A DNA stretch of 64,000 bases from assembly GCF_009914755.1 (NCBI RefSeq), contig NC_060932.1; one strand, 5' to 3'. The translations under genes were made by a program, and so were the position numbers. Origin of the DNA: the human T2T-CHM13v2.0 reference genome, Homo sapiens. Of the stretch, positions 14,221 to 28,282 are shown piece after piece; within the stretch, counting starts at the first letter, position 1; every line of letters begins with the position of its first letter. Under the pieces are notes generated by a model. It was not told where the DNA came from. It saw nothing but the letters and a program-made list of their open reading frames with translations, and did not search any database.

Positions 14221-14975
14221 CTACAGGAATATTTTTCATATTTTGTAGTTACAACACTCCTTATCTATCCTACCCAGCACCTAAATCTTCCAGCAGGAAC
14301 AGTACCTTCTCTAAGTGCTACTACATCTAAATTCCTGGTGGCCCTTGCTCTATCAGTCATCTCTTCTATCCTTTTATCTTCAAAATCTTCCTCTCCACTA
14401 AGTCAATGTACATAGTCTATAAACACTGTCAAATATTTTCTACCTTTTATAAAAGCTTCAGTTAACATGTTTCTAGGCTAGGTATAACCCTTTATCTTCC
14501 TTCTTTCAGCATCTTGCCATATTTACAACCCCTTTGACCTTGATCTCTCTCTTGCTATAACTATTTATCCCTTCTTTCCACCTCAGTACATTTTCCTCTT
14601 TTCATTTCCATAAATTTGCATCAAGAGTAGCCTTCTCATCACTCATTTAAGCCTTATAACATTATTATATGGATTTGCCTCCCCATTTCATTAGAATGCC
14701 TTTTACTGCTTGCCAAGCCCAGGCAAGGTGTGTACTTCCCAGCACACACCTTGCTGGCTGGTTGTGCATCTCGCCACACTGACACACCCCGCTCAGAAAT
14801 GGGATGTCTACTACCACTGGCTGTCTCTGCTTGTCTCCCTCAGTTTCCTAGTTTCGTCTTCCCGTCCCATTTCTTAAGCACTGCATTGCCTAGCAGTCAT
14901 CCTTTTCTTACAAGACAGAATCTCCTGCTCTTGCTCACCTTTCTTCTTGCCTTAGACGTGTACGTAGAAGGATAG

Positions 14976-15261
<286 letters not shown>

Positions 15262-15349
15262 TGAAAGGTACCATGTGTGAGCATGTGGGAGGAAGGCACG
15301 AGAGATGGGAAGAACAGCCTAAACAAAGACAGGAGGGGTCCAAGGTAGG

Positions 15350-15860
15350 GGAAGTCTCATTTAATGCTCGATAGGTTATTGGAAATGACAACTTTAAGTG
15401 ACACGACATATTATGAACCCAATTTTACCATAAGTTAACTGATATAAACAGGAGTTATATTCCCACAGCATATTTCTGGTCCTAAAAACCTAAACTTCTA
15501 AATAAAGATCCCAAACATTTCTAAAATAAAACACTGAAATCAATGTGAGCTATACATACATTTTTCAAAGTATGTATACATACATTTTTAAAAGATAGAA
15601 TAAAGAACAAGTAAGATAATGACTCACCCAAAGTTTTAGTGAATCCATGAGTGAGGGTGGTCATAGTGTGGTGGGCTACATCAAGGAACAAAAGTTTGCA
15701 AAGAGAAAATTGTCAGAAGCACCTCTGGCCACCATGCAGTTCAAACACAAAGGACAACAAACGAAGTGGGTTCACTGAGCACTTCTGTACCACACTGTTT
15801 ACTGTTACACATCTGTTTCATTACGGTCTACTTTATGAATTTTTATTTTACTATCATCTG
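15350..15860. mobile_element. TcMar-Tigger family DNA transposon (MER82/MER47-like)
   Basis: gataggttattggaaatgacaactttaagtg...caattttaccata...cttctaaataaaga...gtgagctatacatacattt. Confidence 0.65.
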
Positions 15861-17389
15861 TAGTCAAATGTACACTGAGAGCCCAGGAAACAGTAGCTGG
15901 GCTTAACCGAAGATTAGGAAGATTCCTAAGGGGAAGGAGTGGGACATCAGCCTGGAGCAGGAAATCCTGGCAATCTGGGAGGGACCCTGAATGCTAAGAG
16001 GTTTGGATTTTATTTTATTGGCAGTGGAGAGTCCTGAAGAGTTGGAAGCGATTATGTATCTACCACTCCCTAGAACTAAACAATCCAAAATCATATCTTC
16101 TTTTTCACCTAAGAAACATTTCTAACATCTGCCCACCCTGTTCGTTTATCTTCCCTTATCACCCTATTATTACATTACTTCAGCTTCCCCCTTGCTTTTT
16201 CAATCTCTCCAGACTGTGAGCAAACTTTCCATTTCAGTTAGTTCATTCTATTTAAAAAACAAAACAAATCCATATAGTAACCTCTCCAGGGAAGTCCAGG
16301 GCAGTGGGAGGACCATGGCTGTGTGTATGGCAGCTCCCCTCTGATAGACAGAGCAGAGCCCCTAGACAGCCTTCCTGCCCACACACCCTGCCCATGTCCC
16401 AACCTGTTTTGCCGTGACACATATATGACAGGAATCTTGAAGCTCTGGCTGGACTGTAAGTTCCAAGAGCAGTAAGTTCAATATCCATAGATTCTTTTGT
16501 ATTTCCCAGTGTCATTCACTGTGTTGAGCTTATAGCAAGTGCACAATGAATACTTACTGTTCAAATAAAATAGCAATTTACACTAATTGTGTGCTGGGGT
16601 ACGGGTGAATTTGGAAGGCAGCATGAGAAAACAACAAAAACCCAAAGACCTAGGGCTCCATAAAAAGAGAATGCAAAAGTGTAGAAAGCTAATACCAAGA
16701 TACACACTTTATTAAAAATTTGATCCAAAAACCCCAAAGAATTTTCCCCATTGCAGAGCCCAATTAAGTAATTTTTTGTTTTATTATAATGCTGTTTTTC
16801 TTAAGTAACCAAGGTTTCCAAAAGACAACTAGCAAATCAGAACCAAATTAGTGAACTTTGACAGACCGGAAAGCAACACAGTAGAGTGAAAAAGCAAGGA
16901 CTCTGGCATACGGCAGACATCGCTACAAAGCCAAGTTCTACCACAAATTAGCAGTGTGACCTCAGGAAAATTAGTTATCTTCTCTGGAGCTAAATTCTCT
17001 CGATGATTAGGTGGGAGAAAAACTCATAGAGCTCACTGCATTACGAAATCTAAGTTTTAGAGAGTGGGCATAAAGATCCTGGCTCAGAGGAATCACAAAA
17101 TAACATTAGTTCTTGTGTTTACTCAACAAATAGTCGAGTGCCTTCTACAAGCCAGATACGGTTGTAGGCACTGCTGATAGATTAGAGAATAAAAAAGGCA
17201 AATACATGTGCTCATGGACCAGAGATTACTGTCTTTAGCCCTTGTGATAATAGGATAAGAGCTTCAGTCTCTCTCCCCATGAAAATACACATAATTTCCA
17301 TATACAAATTATGCCTGCAGTTGCAAGGCAGTCAAGGATCTCATGAAATCCTGCAGTTCCCTCTTGTGATCTTACTCTATCCCTAGATC

Positions 17390-17552
17390 AGTCAGGGTCT
17401 CCTAAATAAGTTTAGTAAGAATGAATCAGGATGCATGTTAGATTCAGGACCCCATTTCTGATTTACCTGAAAAGATTACCCTAGGGTGGGAAGTAGGAAT
17501 ATGGATGTTATCAAGTGCCCCAGGAGAATTTTATCGTCTAAGGAAACACTGC
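17390..17552. mobile_element. MER5-like hAT-Charlie MITE
   Basis: gaatcagg...gattcaggacccc...caagtgccccaggagaatttt...gaaacactg. Confidence 0.55.
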
Positions 17553-19114
17553 CTAAGATCTCAGACTCTGGCACACTTGGTTTTCCTAAGCTTACCCACC
17601 CTATTATCTAATTATGAATCAAATTTCTTCTACCTAGCATATAGTAGGTACTCAGTGTACTTCTAACTGATGGGAAGTGAATGCTATACCCACATATACT
17701 TCCCTAGATGACTAACACAAAATATCAGTCCCATAGTTTATCCAGGCAGAATTATCTACTAAACGACCACAATGTAAAAAGGCTTAGAAAGCAGAAAAAA
17801 AATGCTCAGTAAAAAGCTTAGAAAGCAGAAAAAAATGAAAGGCAAGAGCTAAGGCATCACAAAGCACGGATACATACCTGGTGCTACTCTCAGAGATGGA
17901 AAGAGAACAAAAGGGTAATGACTCGACTGAGGCAAGGATTTGGATGCCGTCTCCAACTCCATCCATCCCTGTCCCCGTCCCCATTTATTGGTTACCAGTT
18001 TCACCTTCTCTTCCACCAAAAATATCACTGGTCATCAAGCAGGAAATAAACAAACTTCCAACAAAATCAAGTACAAAGTACATCTGTGGGAGCCTTGTTA
18101 ATAATCATGTTTTTCCTCCATGTACTGCACAGGCATATTCTCCAAACACAAAAACAAAACCCTCAACTGAAATGTTCACATTTCCAACCTCAGACAACAA
18201 GTATTAGGGCAACTGTTTGTCTAGGAGTTCTGTAGTATTTGAATTTTTGAATATTTGAATTTTCTAAATTCAAATATTCCATTCTATGGTCCCAGAGACC
18301 AGTGGTAAGCCCTGGAAAATCCCAATATGTCAGCATCCAAATCACATAGTCTTTTGCACTTGGAAGCAATCCCACTATCAGGCCCCAAACCCAATATGTG
18401 GCTGAGTAAAATGTGGCCTTTGCAAGTGAACCAAGCACTACTCCCATTGTATAAATGGACATCCAACGCAAGACTCAGTTCTAAATCAGAATCACACAGC
18501 ACAGCAAAATATAAGCCTCACCCCTGCCATCCCCAAAACTCAACCATACAAGAAACGGTCAACTAACATTTTCTCAGGCTTCACGAGATGGAGTCTATAA
18601 CCAACCTTGGCAGGCAAGACCAATTCCTTTCAGGGACAGGTAAGTTTTTCTCTTTCTAGCTAAATTCATCTTGTGTGATCTCTTATACTTAGTCTTCCCT
18701 TTCCTGTCTTGCCTAATTTTCCCCCAAAATAAGCTCTCCCTGGCCTGTCCTCCTTATCTGATTGTTTTTCTACAACAGCAAAATCACAAAACAGAACGTG
18801 ATGACAAATTCTTATTACAAGATAAAGTTTAGAAGCTTTCTTTTGTATGCCAAAACAAGTGGCATTTCTGGGCTATATCCATGCTTGATGTCTGTACTGA
18901 ACTGGTAATCAAGGGGAATATCTACCATAGTAATACTGCCCAATCTTGTAGCTGCATAGCTCAAGAAACTCACCTCTGGACAACTGTGTCCTTCTAATCC
19001 CTTCCAACTACCTGCATAGCCCCATTAATCTAACTCTCTTGTCCTTGTGAGGTTGTCATTATCAGAAGATAAGCACAGGGAAAAAATCCAAATAAAAGAA
19101 CACATTTGAGACAC

Positions 19115-19690
19115 CGTCAATCTGGAAAACCGCTCAGCAGTTTCTAATACAGGTAAAACATACTCACTATATGACTTGTAAATCCAACTCCTAGCTATTT
19201 ACACAAGAGAAATAAATTTAGGTTCGCACAACCTGTAAGCAACTGCTTTTAGTGGTTTACTCATGATTACCAATTACTGGAAACAACCTAAATGTACTTC
19301 AATTAGTGAATAAACTGCTGTATAGATATTCCATGGAATATTAGTGAGCAATGAAAAGAGCTGAACTATTGAATCAGGCAACAACATGGAAGAATTTCAA
19401 TGCATTACTACTCAGTGAAAGAAACAGGACTCAAATGGCAACACAGTGTATGATACCATTTATATGAAATCTAGAAAAGGCAAAAGTCTAGGGACAGACT
19501 TCAGAGCAGTAGTTGTCAGGGGCTGTGGGTAGAGGGAAGGACTGACCACAAAGGGGCACAAGGAAACTTTACAAGTTGTTCAAATTGCTCTGTATCTTGA
19601 TGGTGGTAGTGGTTACAAGACTATACATTTACCAAAACTTAAAGAACTACAATAGCTGATTTTACTGTGTGTAAATTGTATCTAAACAAC
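19115..19690 (+). mobile_element. L1MB/MC/ME-type LINE 3' end
   Basis: ctggaaacaacctaaatgt...gcaacaacatggaagaat...tgataccatttatatgaaat...tgtgtgtaaattgtatct. Confidence 0.85.
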
Positions 19691-20679
19691 CTAAAGTTTA
19701 AAACCAATTTAAATACCAATAAAAAATCATGAAAGAGTGAGAAAGGAAGAAAAGGAATACACTTGAAATGGGGGCTAGAGTTTCAAAATTAATAGTGAGT
19801 TTCAATGGTACTTTATCTTGAAAAGAGAAAGGGAGAAGTTTATCTGATATTTAACCAAATTTAGGTTATAATTGAAAGTATGTGTTAATTCTTAGAACAA
19901 AAAAATCCATTTTTTATTTGTTATATAACTTCAGCAACAGGACTTATGTCAGCAGGACAAAATATCTTTCATATCATACTTGACTTTTCATAGCATGATT
20001 ATAAAGGAGATCATTTTTCCCCAAAATATTTAGAGCATCTCTTTTCACTAAAGACTTCCCTTAATCCCTAAAAGGTCCTAATATTTCTCTTTAATGCCTA
20101 TCAAGTCAATATCTTAGTCAATTTTCTCTTCTTTAATGGTTATTTGGCTTAACTCAGATCTTAATTGGGCCATGGCATATGATTCCAGCAGTTTCCCAAT
20201 GTCACTTTCATGGAGTCCATGAATTATTTTCTCTTTTGCAAGATCTGAAATTTCTCTTTGTAATCAACTTACTTTGCATACATATTGTATGGATGGGTGA
20301 TGATCAGACAATCAGAGAGAGGCCAGCCTACAAAATTGCTGGTGTTAAGTGGCAAGTAAATTTGTGGTAGAGAAAAATTATGTAAGTGATGAGTCTTTAG
20401 TGAATATAATCATAACATTTACTTCCCTCTGTTGCCTCATGACTGCACAGAGTCAGATCATGAATACACCAAATAATACATTTTAAGCTGAGGATGCCTT
20501 GTATTTTATCAATTACACTTTGTTGGTGTTCTTCCAACTCTGATAACCTACATTCCCTCATTGAGCACACACTATTATGCCAGACTGTAATATCATGGGG
20601 CTATAAAAATGCTATAAAAATGTCTTAGATGCTTTCATAAGTATGGCAGGAAGACAAGGTGAAACAGACAGCATCATCA

Positions 20680-20920
20680 CTATCATCTTGTCTAACATCT
20701 TACTCAGTGTTTACTGAGCACCTACCACAAACCAGGTCTTAAGAGCTTCCCTTATACTAATTTAACCTTCTCAACATGCCTATGAGGTCATTACCATTAA
20801 TATTCTCATTTGATAGACAGGCAAAGGAGTCTCAGAGCTGTTGAGTGAATTACCCAGGCACTCAGCAGGTCCTGTGCGGAGCTGGGGTTCACATCTAGCC
20901 TGGTTGCAGATCTTCCACAT
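20680..20920 (-). mobile_element. MIR SINE
   Basis: tttactgagcacctac...ttgagtgaattacccagg...ggagctggggttcacatctag. Confidence 0.65.
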
Positions 20921-21029
20921 TTAAGAACACTGTGACTGCTATGATCCCCTAGGAGAGAGTCCTGCACTGTGGAGGCAGTGAAAAGCCATGAGCAGGCCTG
21001 AGCCCATTCTGTACCCCAGGTCTCAAGGG

Positions 21030-21390
21030 CAGCTGTAGCTCTGAGAGCCACACCCCATAGCCAATCCACAAACATCTGTCAAATCACTTGAGAGTCAGGA
21101 TTTGCCGAATAGAACACAAATACCTTCTGCGGCAGCAAGGGAGGGTAGCAGGGAGGAGCAAAGGAACAAAACTTGCCAATAGCCCCAGCACTCTGGGAAG
21201 GAGGCTGCTGAAGGCAGTGAGGTGGGCCACCGCTGTCACCCAACAGCTGCTGTCCTGTCCTGCTCTTCACGCGGGAGGCAAGCTGTACAAGCAGATTCTT
21301 GCACCCACACTTTAGAAAAATCAGACTAAATATAGCCAAGTTTGCTCTCATGAGCCAGCTCAGAGCGGGTGGTGCTGCTACATTCCACTT
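21030..21390. promoter_or_regulatory. Candidate muscle-type enhancer or alternative promoter
   Basis: MEF2 consensus CTAAATATAG 21326-21335; E-boxes CAGCTG 21030-21035 and 21244-21249; MCAT ACATTCCA 21380-21387; non-repetitive, GC-elevated DNA. Confidence 0.45.
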
Positions 21391-23196
21391 CAGAAAACTG
21401 GGGAGGAATCAACTTGATTTACAAGAGAGCAGCTTTCCACGCTTGCTCTTGTGGTTTCAAAAGGACCATATGCAAGATCCAACTGGACTGTGGGGAATGC
21501 TGCAGGTTTGGCCAGGCAGATAATAGAGCCCTTAGGAAAAGGATTTTACCAGACATGAGTTAGGAGGCTCCCCATTCGTTTTCCTTCCTATAAAGGGCTA
21601 AACTACCACATCCCTGGGACATGGGGGAAATCCATTAAGAAGCATGCATTATACATACACTACTCAGTTTTGTGCCCTTTCCCCGATTCCCACCCATCAA
21701 AATCCTACTCAAAAGCTCACTCAATGCTACCCCTTTCGTTAGGCTATCCCCACCCAGCTCAGAACTAAATGCTCCATTTGTTCTCAGACCTCCCACGTCA
21801 TGGTGCTTGCACTTTTATTTAGCACTTATATCATTCAGTCTAATCTGCTTCTCTTGTCTCCTTCCCCCAGTGGAGGCTGCAGGGGAGGGCCGGGACTGGC
21901 AGGGGTCAGAGTGGGCTAAGCTCCCTTTCTTACTACACTCCCCACCACATCTCGTAGAGTTCCTTGTACATGGGTGCTACTCTACTGCTTATCAACAGAA
22001 AGGCACCATCTGCTTGAATGCCTGTGAATGAGCATTTGCAATATCCCCTTTCTCATAATTAAATGCACAACAGCTGACACTCACTCGCCAGAGTTCAAGC
22101 ATGGGCTTCAGATCCCCAGCTCCCCCTACCCTTATAATATGTCACCACGTCATCCACTGTGACTCAGCATTACAGAACACAGCTACACCAGCAAAGGTTT
22201 CCCAGTTTCTGCTTCTCAGCACCAGCGCTTGTTTCTTCATTCAGGCGTGAGAAAACAGCAAGGCAGATGAGAAAGAAAGGGTGGGATAAAAGGAATTAGG
22301 AAGGGCTGGGCTAGGAAATACAACAGTACAATTAGACTGAAACCCTGTCCGAACTAGCTAAGAGGGCTACAAAAGAGATGGGGGTGGCAGGAACTGCTGC
22401 CACAGCAAGTTTCAAACTAGGTTGGAGGCCCCATTCTTGTTCACACAGTCACTGGAAGGAATTTTCAATGATGAACTTCTAGCCGTCATTCTCCTTCCTA
22501 AAACAAAGTGATCAATAGAAACTCTGGTGCAGGAAAGTCAGATCTGGTGGTATAGAGAACATAATAAAAATAAGAAAAAAAGATCCTCAGGAATAAGTGA
22601 ATGGGAGAGAATCAGGGAGTAATTAGTTTAACAATCACACAATGAAGCTGCTGCAGGGATAAGTACCTATGAGGGAAACTTGTCCATCGTCTCACTGCTT
22701 TCATGACATCTGCTCTGTAGAGGAACACAGTTGGAAGTTCTCATTAAATGTGTATGGGAGTTACTGTGGGAATCAAAAGCAGTCATAAACCCACCCATTC
22801 CTTCATTTGTCTCCATTCATTCATTCAAGCTTCAAGGATGAGACATGAGACATAGTCCTTGCCGTAGAAAGTACCACCAGTAGAAGAGGTACATTCATAA
22901 TGATGTTCCCAACAAGAAAAGGTAGTTAGGAAAGCATAGGTGAGCTAGCACCAAGAGAATCACACAGAGGCAGGACAGAGCTTCTTGTGTTCTATGAAGG
23001 GAAATCCATCAGAATTACACTTCTGGTCTCCCTCTTTACCCTCTGGGTCCTCCTCAGGAGAGGAGAAATCAACTCTCTGATGAGCAAGTCTGTGAAAAGG
23101 CACAAAGCATAGGTTCCCCACCTCTTCCTTTGGGTCCCACCTGCCTGCTGCAGGAGCCCATGTTCTCTCTGCTCTCCAGCTGCCAGTGGTATAGAG

Positions 23197-23522
23197 CAGG
23201 GGTCCCCAACCCCTGGGTTGTGAACTGGTATCAGTCCGTGGCCTATTGGGAACCACACCGCACAGCAGGATGTGAGCAGTGAGCAAGCAAGCATTACCAC
23301 CCAAGCTCTACCTCCTGTCAGATCAACGGAGGCATTAGATTCTCAGAGGAGTGCAAACCCTACTGTGAACTGCACATGTGAGAGATCTAGGTTGCACATG
23401 CCTTATGAGAATCTAATGCCTGATGATCTGAGGTGGAACAGTTTCATCCCAAAACCATCCCCCATGGAAAAACTGTCTTCCATGAATCTGATCCCTGGTG
23501 CCAAAAAGGTTAAGGACCACTA
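23197..23522 (+). mobile_element. MER1B hAT-Charlie DNA transposon
   Basis: caggggtccccaacccc...ggtgccaaaaaggttaaggaccac; 8-bp TSD gtatagag/gcatagag. Confidence 0.92.
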
Positions 23523-25037
23523 GCATAGAGGGAGGCATCCCTATGACGGGTAAGTTCACTGCTGCATACAATATTAGCAAGCCCACTTACCCTCCAACCC
23601 AAAGTCAGAAAAAAATAACCCACTATAAGCTTGTGATAAAAATGATGTTTTTATCTCCCATGTGACTCCTTTTACTCTCTGTGATGCAGTTCTGAATTCA
23701 AGTTGGGTACAAAGTCATCATTTATGGGGCTGCAAAGCCCAGTGTTTACCGTGACTGCTTCTATTTGTCACAAACGTTTGACGCTATCTCATTTCCCATT
23801 TTCCCAGTCACCGTTATTATTACTTAGCCTTACAATATTTTGGTGATGTGTAGTTTCTTCACTCTTCTACAGGAGAAAAAACATAGAACCTGAGCACTGA
23901 ATGACTTATCAGAAGATATTTGGTAAGCTACCATGTTCATTTATGATGGAAAATTCAGATCCCTTAATATAGATGTCATTAAGAGCACACAGTCTTGCAT
24001 TTGACATGTTTTTCTTGGGGAGAGAGGTGAGTGCTGAATATTGGAAATCATTTTTCTGCCACATGAGAGGTGCTATTCTGTTAGACCTGGAATAGAAATT
24101 ACCATGTACAATGTCCATCCTCCCTATTTTTTTCATAAATATCTGAGGACAAAGCAAGAAAAGGAATTGGGGATGAGGGGTAAAAAAAAAATCCTTCTCT
24201 AGCTCTGGAGACTCGTGCATTTATATGTCATTCATGAAACAATGACTGTGGGCCTCCTAAGTGCCAGGCGCCATCCCTGGAATACAGAGATGAATACAAA
24301 GATGAATACGACACTGTCCCCAATGAATCCACATTTTTCTTCTCCCTGAATAATATTGCAACCCATTTCTGTTAGAAAACATCAATAGGTTTAACCGTCT
24401 ATACACAGTCTGTCCATAGAGAATGGATTAGTTTGGGGTCCCTGCTACCTCCTTCCAAGAGGTCCTAGTCCCCAGTCCTGCTAAATTATTTCACAAGACA
24501 TTGTTTTTGTTTTTTTTTTTTTAAAAAAAGGCAATGTATGCCAGTATAATCCTAATCCAAATGCAGACCATAAGGTCGTACCCTGTTCTGTGGCGGGAAA
24601 GCATACCTGTAAGCTGCCCATAAATGCAAAGCATGGGTCACAAGCAGACTAGGAGACATAAATAGGATGTTGCAAATAAACTAAGAAGAAAACATAACAC
24701 AGGGTAGTTACAAAACAATAAACAAAGGGCACCTCTTTTTCATCTTAAACACACGGCTGCAGGTTCAGCAAAGTGAATGAGTGAACTACTTGCTAGTAAC
24801 ACTTTTACAAATTCAAGTTTACTTAAGAAAAAGTTACACATAGTAAAAAACCTTCTAATTTGTTACTAATTAGAAAAACTGGCTGGCATGAATAAGTGAA
24901 AATTCAGGATATAAAACACATGCCAAATAGTATAGCTTTTCTTAAGAGAAGGGATGAGAGTACAAGTGATATTTACTTAGGATGCAGGTTCCAGACACCC
25001 TTCTAGAAGCCCTCTCCTTTATTTAATCCTCACAATG

Positions 25038-25395
<358 letters not shown>

Positions 25396-25717
25396 CTAAA
25401 GCTTAGAATGTTAAGCAATTCGAACTGTATTTTCTATTCCAGTTCCTCTGGCAAAACTCCTTATTCTCTGAAGCAGCATTTCTCAATAAGTTGGGTAAAC
25501 TGATCATTACTTGGCCATGGCTTGGCCTCGTTATACGGGATGGCCATGCGCTGCAGGACATTTATTATCTGTGGCCATGGGCACAAAATACCAACAGCAG
25601 CCCCCAGCAGCAGTTCCTACATATCCCAAATGTGTCCAGGGACAATGTCACCCAGCAGTAGAGGTAAACTGTTCTAAAAGATTTTTTGGGCATCAAGACA
25701 AAAGACTGAAGAGAAGG

Positions 25718-26009
<292 letters not shown>

Positions 26010-26881
26010 TTATTGTATCACATTTAGGCTTCCAAGAAAGCCCCATGTACCCTTATAGAACCAGTTACAAAACCTCCATGAATATATTTGCCATGCAATT
26101 CATGAGCATTGAGTACCTATTATGGGCAAAGTACTGTGCTATGAGCTAGGAATATAAAGTCCAAGTCTAACCCCCAAGGGGGTTAGAGTCTAGTAAGAGG
26201 CAGATTAAGTATGATAAGTATTAAGATAAATGTGAGCAGGAGGCACTTCCCATAGACTGGAAAGAGTGCTGAGAAGGCAGAAGAAAAAGGAGGGCTGGGA
26301 CAGTTTCCCAGAGGAAGTGACATTTTCCCAAAGGCTTGAAAGACCAAGTAGGAGTAACCAGGAAGGGACTGGTCCAGGCTGATATCTTTGCAAAGACCAA
26401 AGATAGGAATCATATTTGAAGTTAAAGTTTAAAATACTTCCTTCATTCTTTGAGACCTCATTGTGATTCAAACTCAGGATCTCCTGTTTACTAGACAGGT
26501 ACTTTAACCAAGTCACTAGAAAATAAACTCTCCATAGTCCACATGTACTTCCTTCCTAAGTTCTTGTTTTTGTAAAGTCTGGCTTCACTGGTGTAATCAC
26601 CCATCACGCAAGAAATAAGACAAATTTATACTTCTTACAGGGAACAAGAAATTGTTTTCGAGAACAGTGTGGACTAGCAACAAAGAGGAGTGTCCCTGTC
26701 TTGGGGACACAGGAGTGGTGAAGACGAGAGATCATAATCAGTGTCACCTGATGGGTGACATAGAACGGACACTTAAGGAGTAGGTCAACATATCCTTGGT
26801 CTCAAGCTCAAGATGAACTTTATCTCGGCTTTTGTTTTGTTCTTTGGCATCTGAAGTCTTGACTATCAAGCATAACGATGC

Positions 26882-26904
26882 AAAAAAAAAAAAAAAAAAA
26901 AAAA
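26882..26904. repeat. Poly(A)23 tract
   Basis: Direct observation. Confidence 0.95.
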
Positions 26905-27498
26905 GATTCTCACCCTACTGGTACATTTGCACAGAAAAGAAAACCTAGAAAAATCTTGATTGTAAGAGAGAGAGAGGATTTCATTTTTGTTAATAAAGTT
27001 AGGAAAGCTGGAAGTGGCTGGCTGTGGATCTCTGAACCTGAGATAGCCCAAAGGCAAGAGTTTCCCGAGTTTATGGGTGCTGAGTATAGGAGCTGGGTTG
27101 TTGCTACTTCAGGTTGTTAAGACAGTCGTTATAAGGGGAGCAAGAGTCAGATTAGTTCAATTTCTTTCTCCTGGGGCAGGGAGGAGAGGGAGCAGCAAGC
27201 CAGCCTCGTGGCCTTCTCGTCTCTAGCCTACAAGGAATAGGCTGATTTCCCCTTGGCAAGGCGCCTGAAGCAGCTGGCAGGCAAGCCCTCCTCTTCCTAC
27301 TTCAGTACGCCCTCTGACCTGACTGCACTCAGAAACCAAAATTCTGCAGGTGAATGTAGGCTCCCATTTCGTCCCACAATCATTTCATCATTCAGGCACA
27401 GCTTGACCTCTAATGTGACATCACAAACCCTTCTGGTCCACAGTTTTTTTTTCTTCTTCAGAAACTACCTAAACAAGGAAGTTTGTGTTCCAAGGTAA

Positions 27499-27665
27499 GA
27501 GAACCTGAAATGAAAAACTCAGGATCCCTCACGAACAGCCTGACCCTGCTTTCAACCAGGAAGTTCAAGGGAGGCAGGACTTTACGGTCAAAACTGCAAA
27601 GCCGAAGCTCAAGACTGTAAGAAGAAAGTGATCTTCAAAGAAAAGGATTCACCCAAATCGAAGAG
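27499..27665 (+). ncRNA. SAMD12-AS1: Probable upstream exon of the antisense lncRNA (SAMD12-AS1); both boundaries uncertain
   Basis: Unique sequence ~0.95 kb inside intron 1 from the inferred TSS, where I recall SAMD12-AS1 starting; weak donor GAG|GTTGTT at 27666. Confidence 0.4.
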
Positions 27666-28013
27666 GTTGTTGCACTTCTTTTCCCTGGCTGATTACATTT
27701 CATGTCTGTAAACTTTGCTAAGCCCGGGGCGCTGGCTGTATAAGCAGAGACAGGTGTAGGGACACCTCTACCCTCTGGGTACATCTGCGGCCGCCGCTGC
27801 TGGGTGCATAGGACGAAGGGCCCTCGACCCAATCCCAGTCCAAGCTTCCGGATGACGCACCTGGGCTGGGGACCTCTCCCACGTGAGGGGGGCCAACCAA
27901 GCATCCCCAGCCCCGGGGCCACCCAGCCTGCTCCGGAGGGAGGGGGCAGGGAAAAAGGGCATCTCGGGGCCAAAACCTCATGCCGGATCCTCCGACTTTC
28001 CCCCCATTTCCAG

Positions 28014-28134
28014 GATATCGTTTCGCATCAGGGACACTCGTCTCCACACCTCCTACCTCAAAGTCCTACGCACCTACCCTTCACGTCTCTCCAAAGCAAC
28101 TGAATTAAAGCGCCTACTGGCCTTGGCGGCGCAG
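28014..28134 (+). ncRNA. SAMD12-AS1: 121-nt internal exon of the antisense lncRNA (SAMD12-AS1)
   Basis: Acceptor ctttcccccccatttccag| and consensus donor CAG|GTGAGT; no credible ORF. Confidence 0.65.
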
Positions 28135-28282
28135 GTGAGTGCCAAGAGGTGGAGGAGGAAGGGGCCCGCTCTCCGCCACCCCCTTTCCTCGCCTCCCCAC
28201 GATCGCCAAGCTTCATCGGGGATGTGTGCCTTGGGGTGCGCGGGTTAAGAGGGAGCTTAAAAATGCCCCAAGCGTCCCTTAC

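Noticed and set aside
17870-17885. Minus-strand donor-like CAG|GTATGT
   Set aside because: No convincing partner acceptor or in-frame sequence; such motifs are common by chance
20600-20622. Short 9-12 bp tandem duplications (also near 2902 and 24288)
   Set aside because: Ordinary slippage events at the expected frequency
21079-21351. 90-aa minus-strand ORF as an alternative coding N-terminus
   Set aside because: It reaches the 21124 donor in phase 0, whereas the next exon needs phase 1
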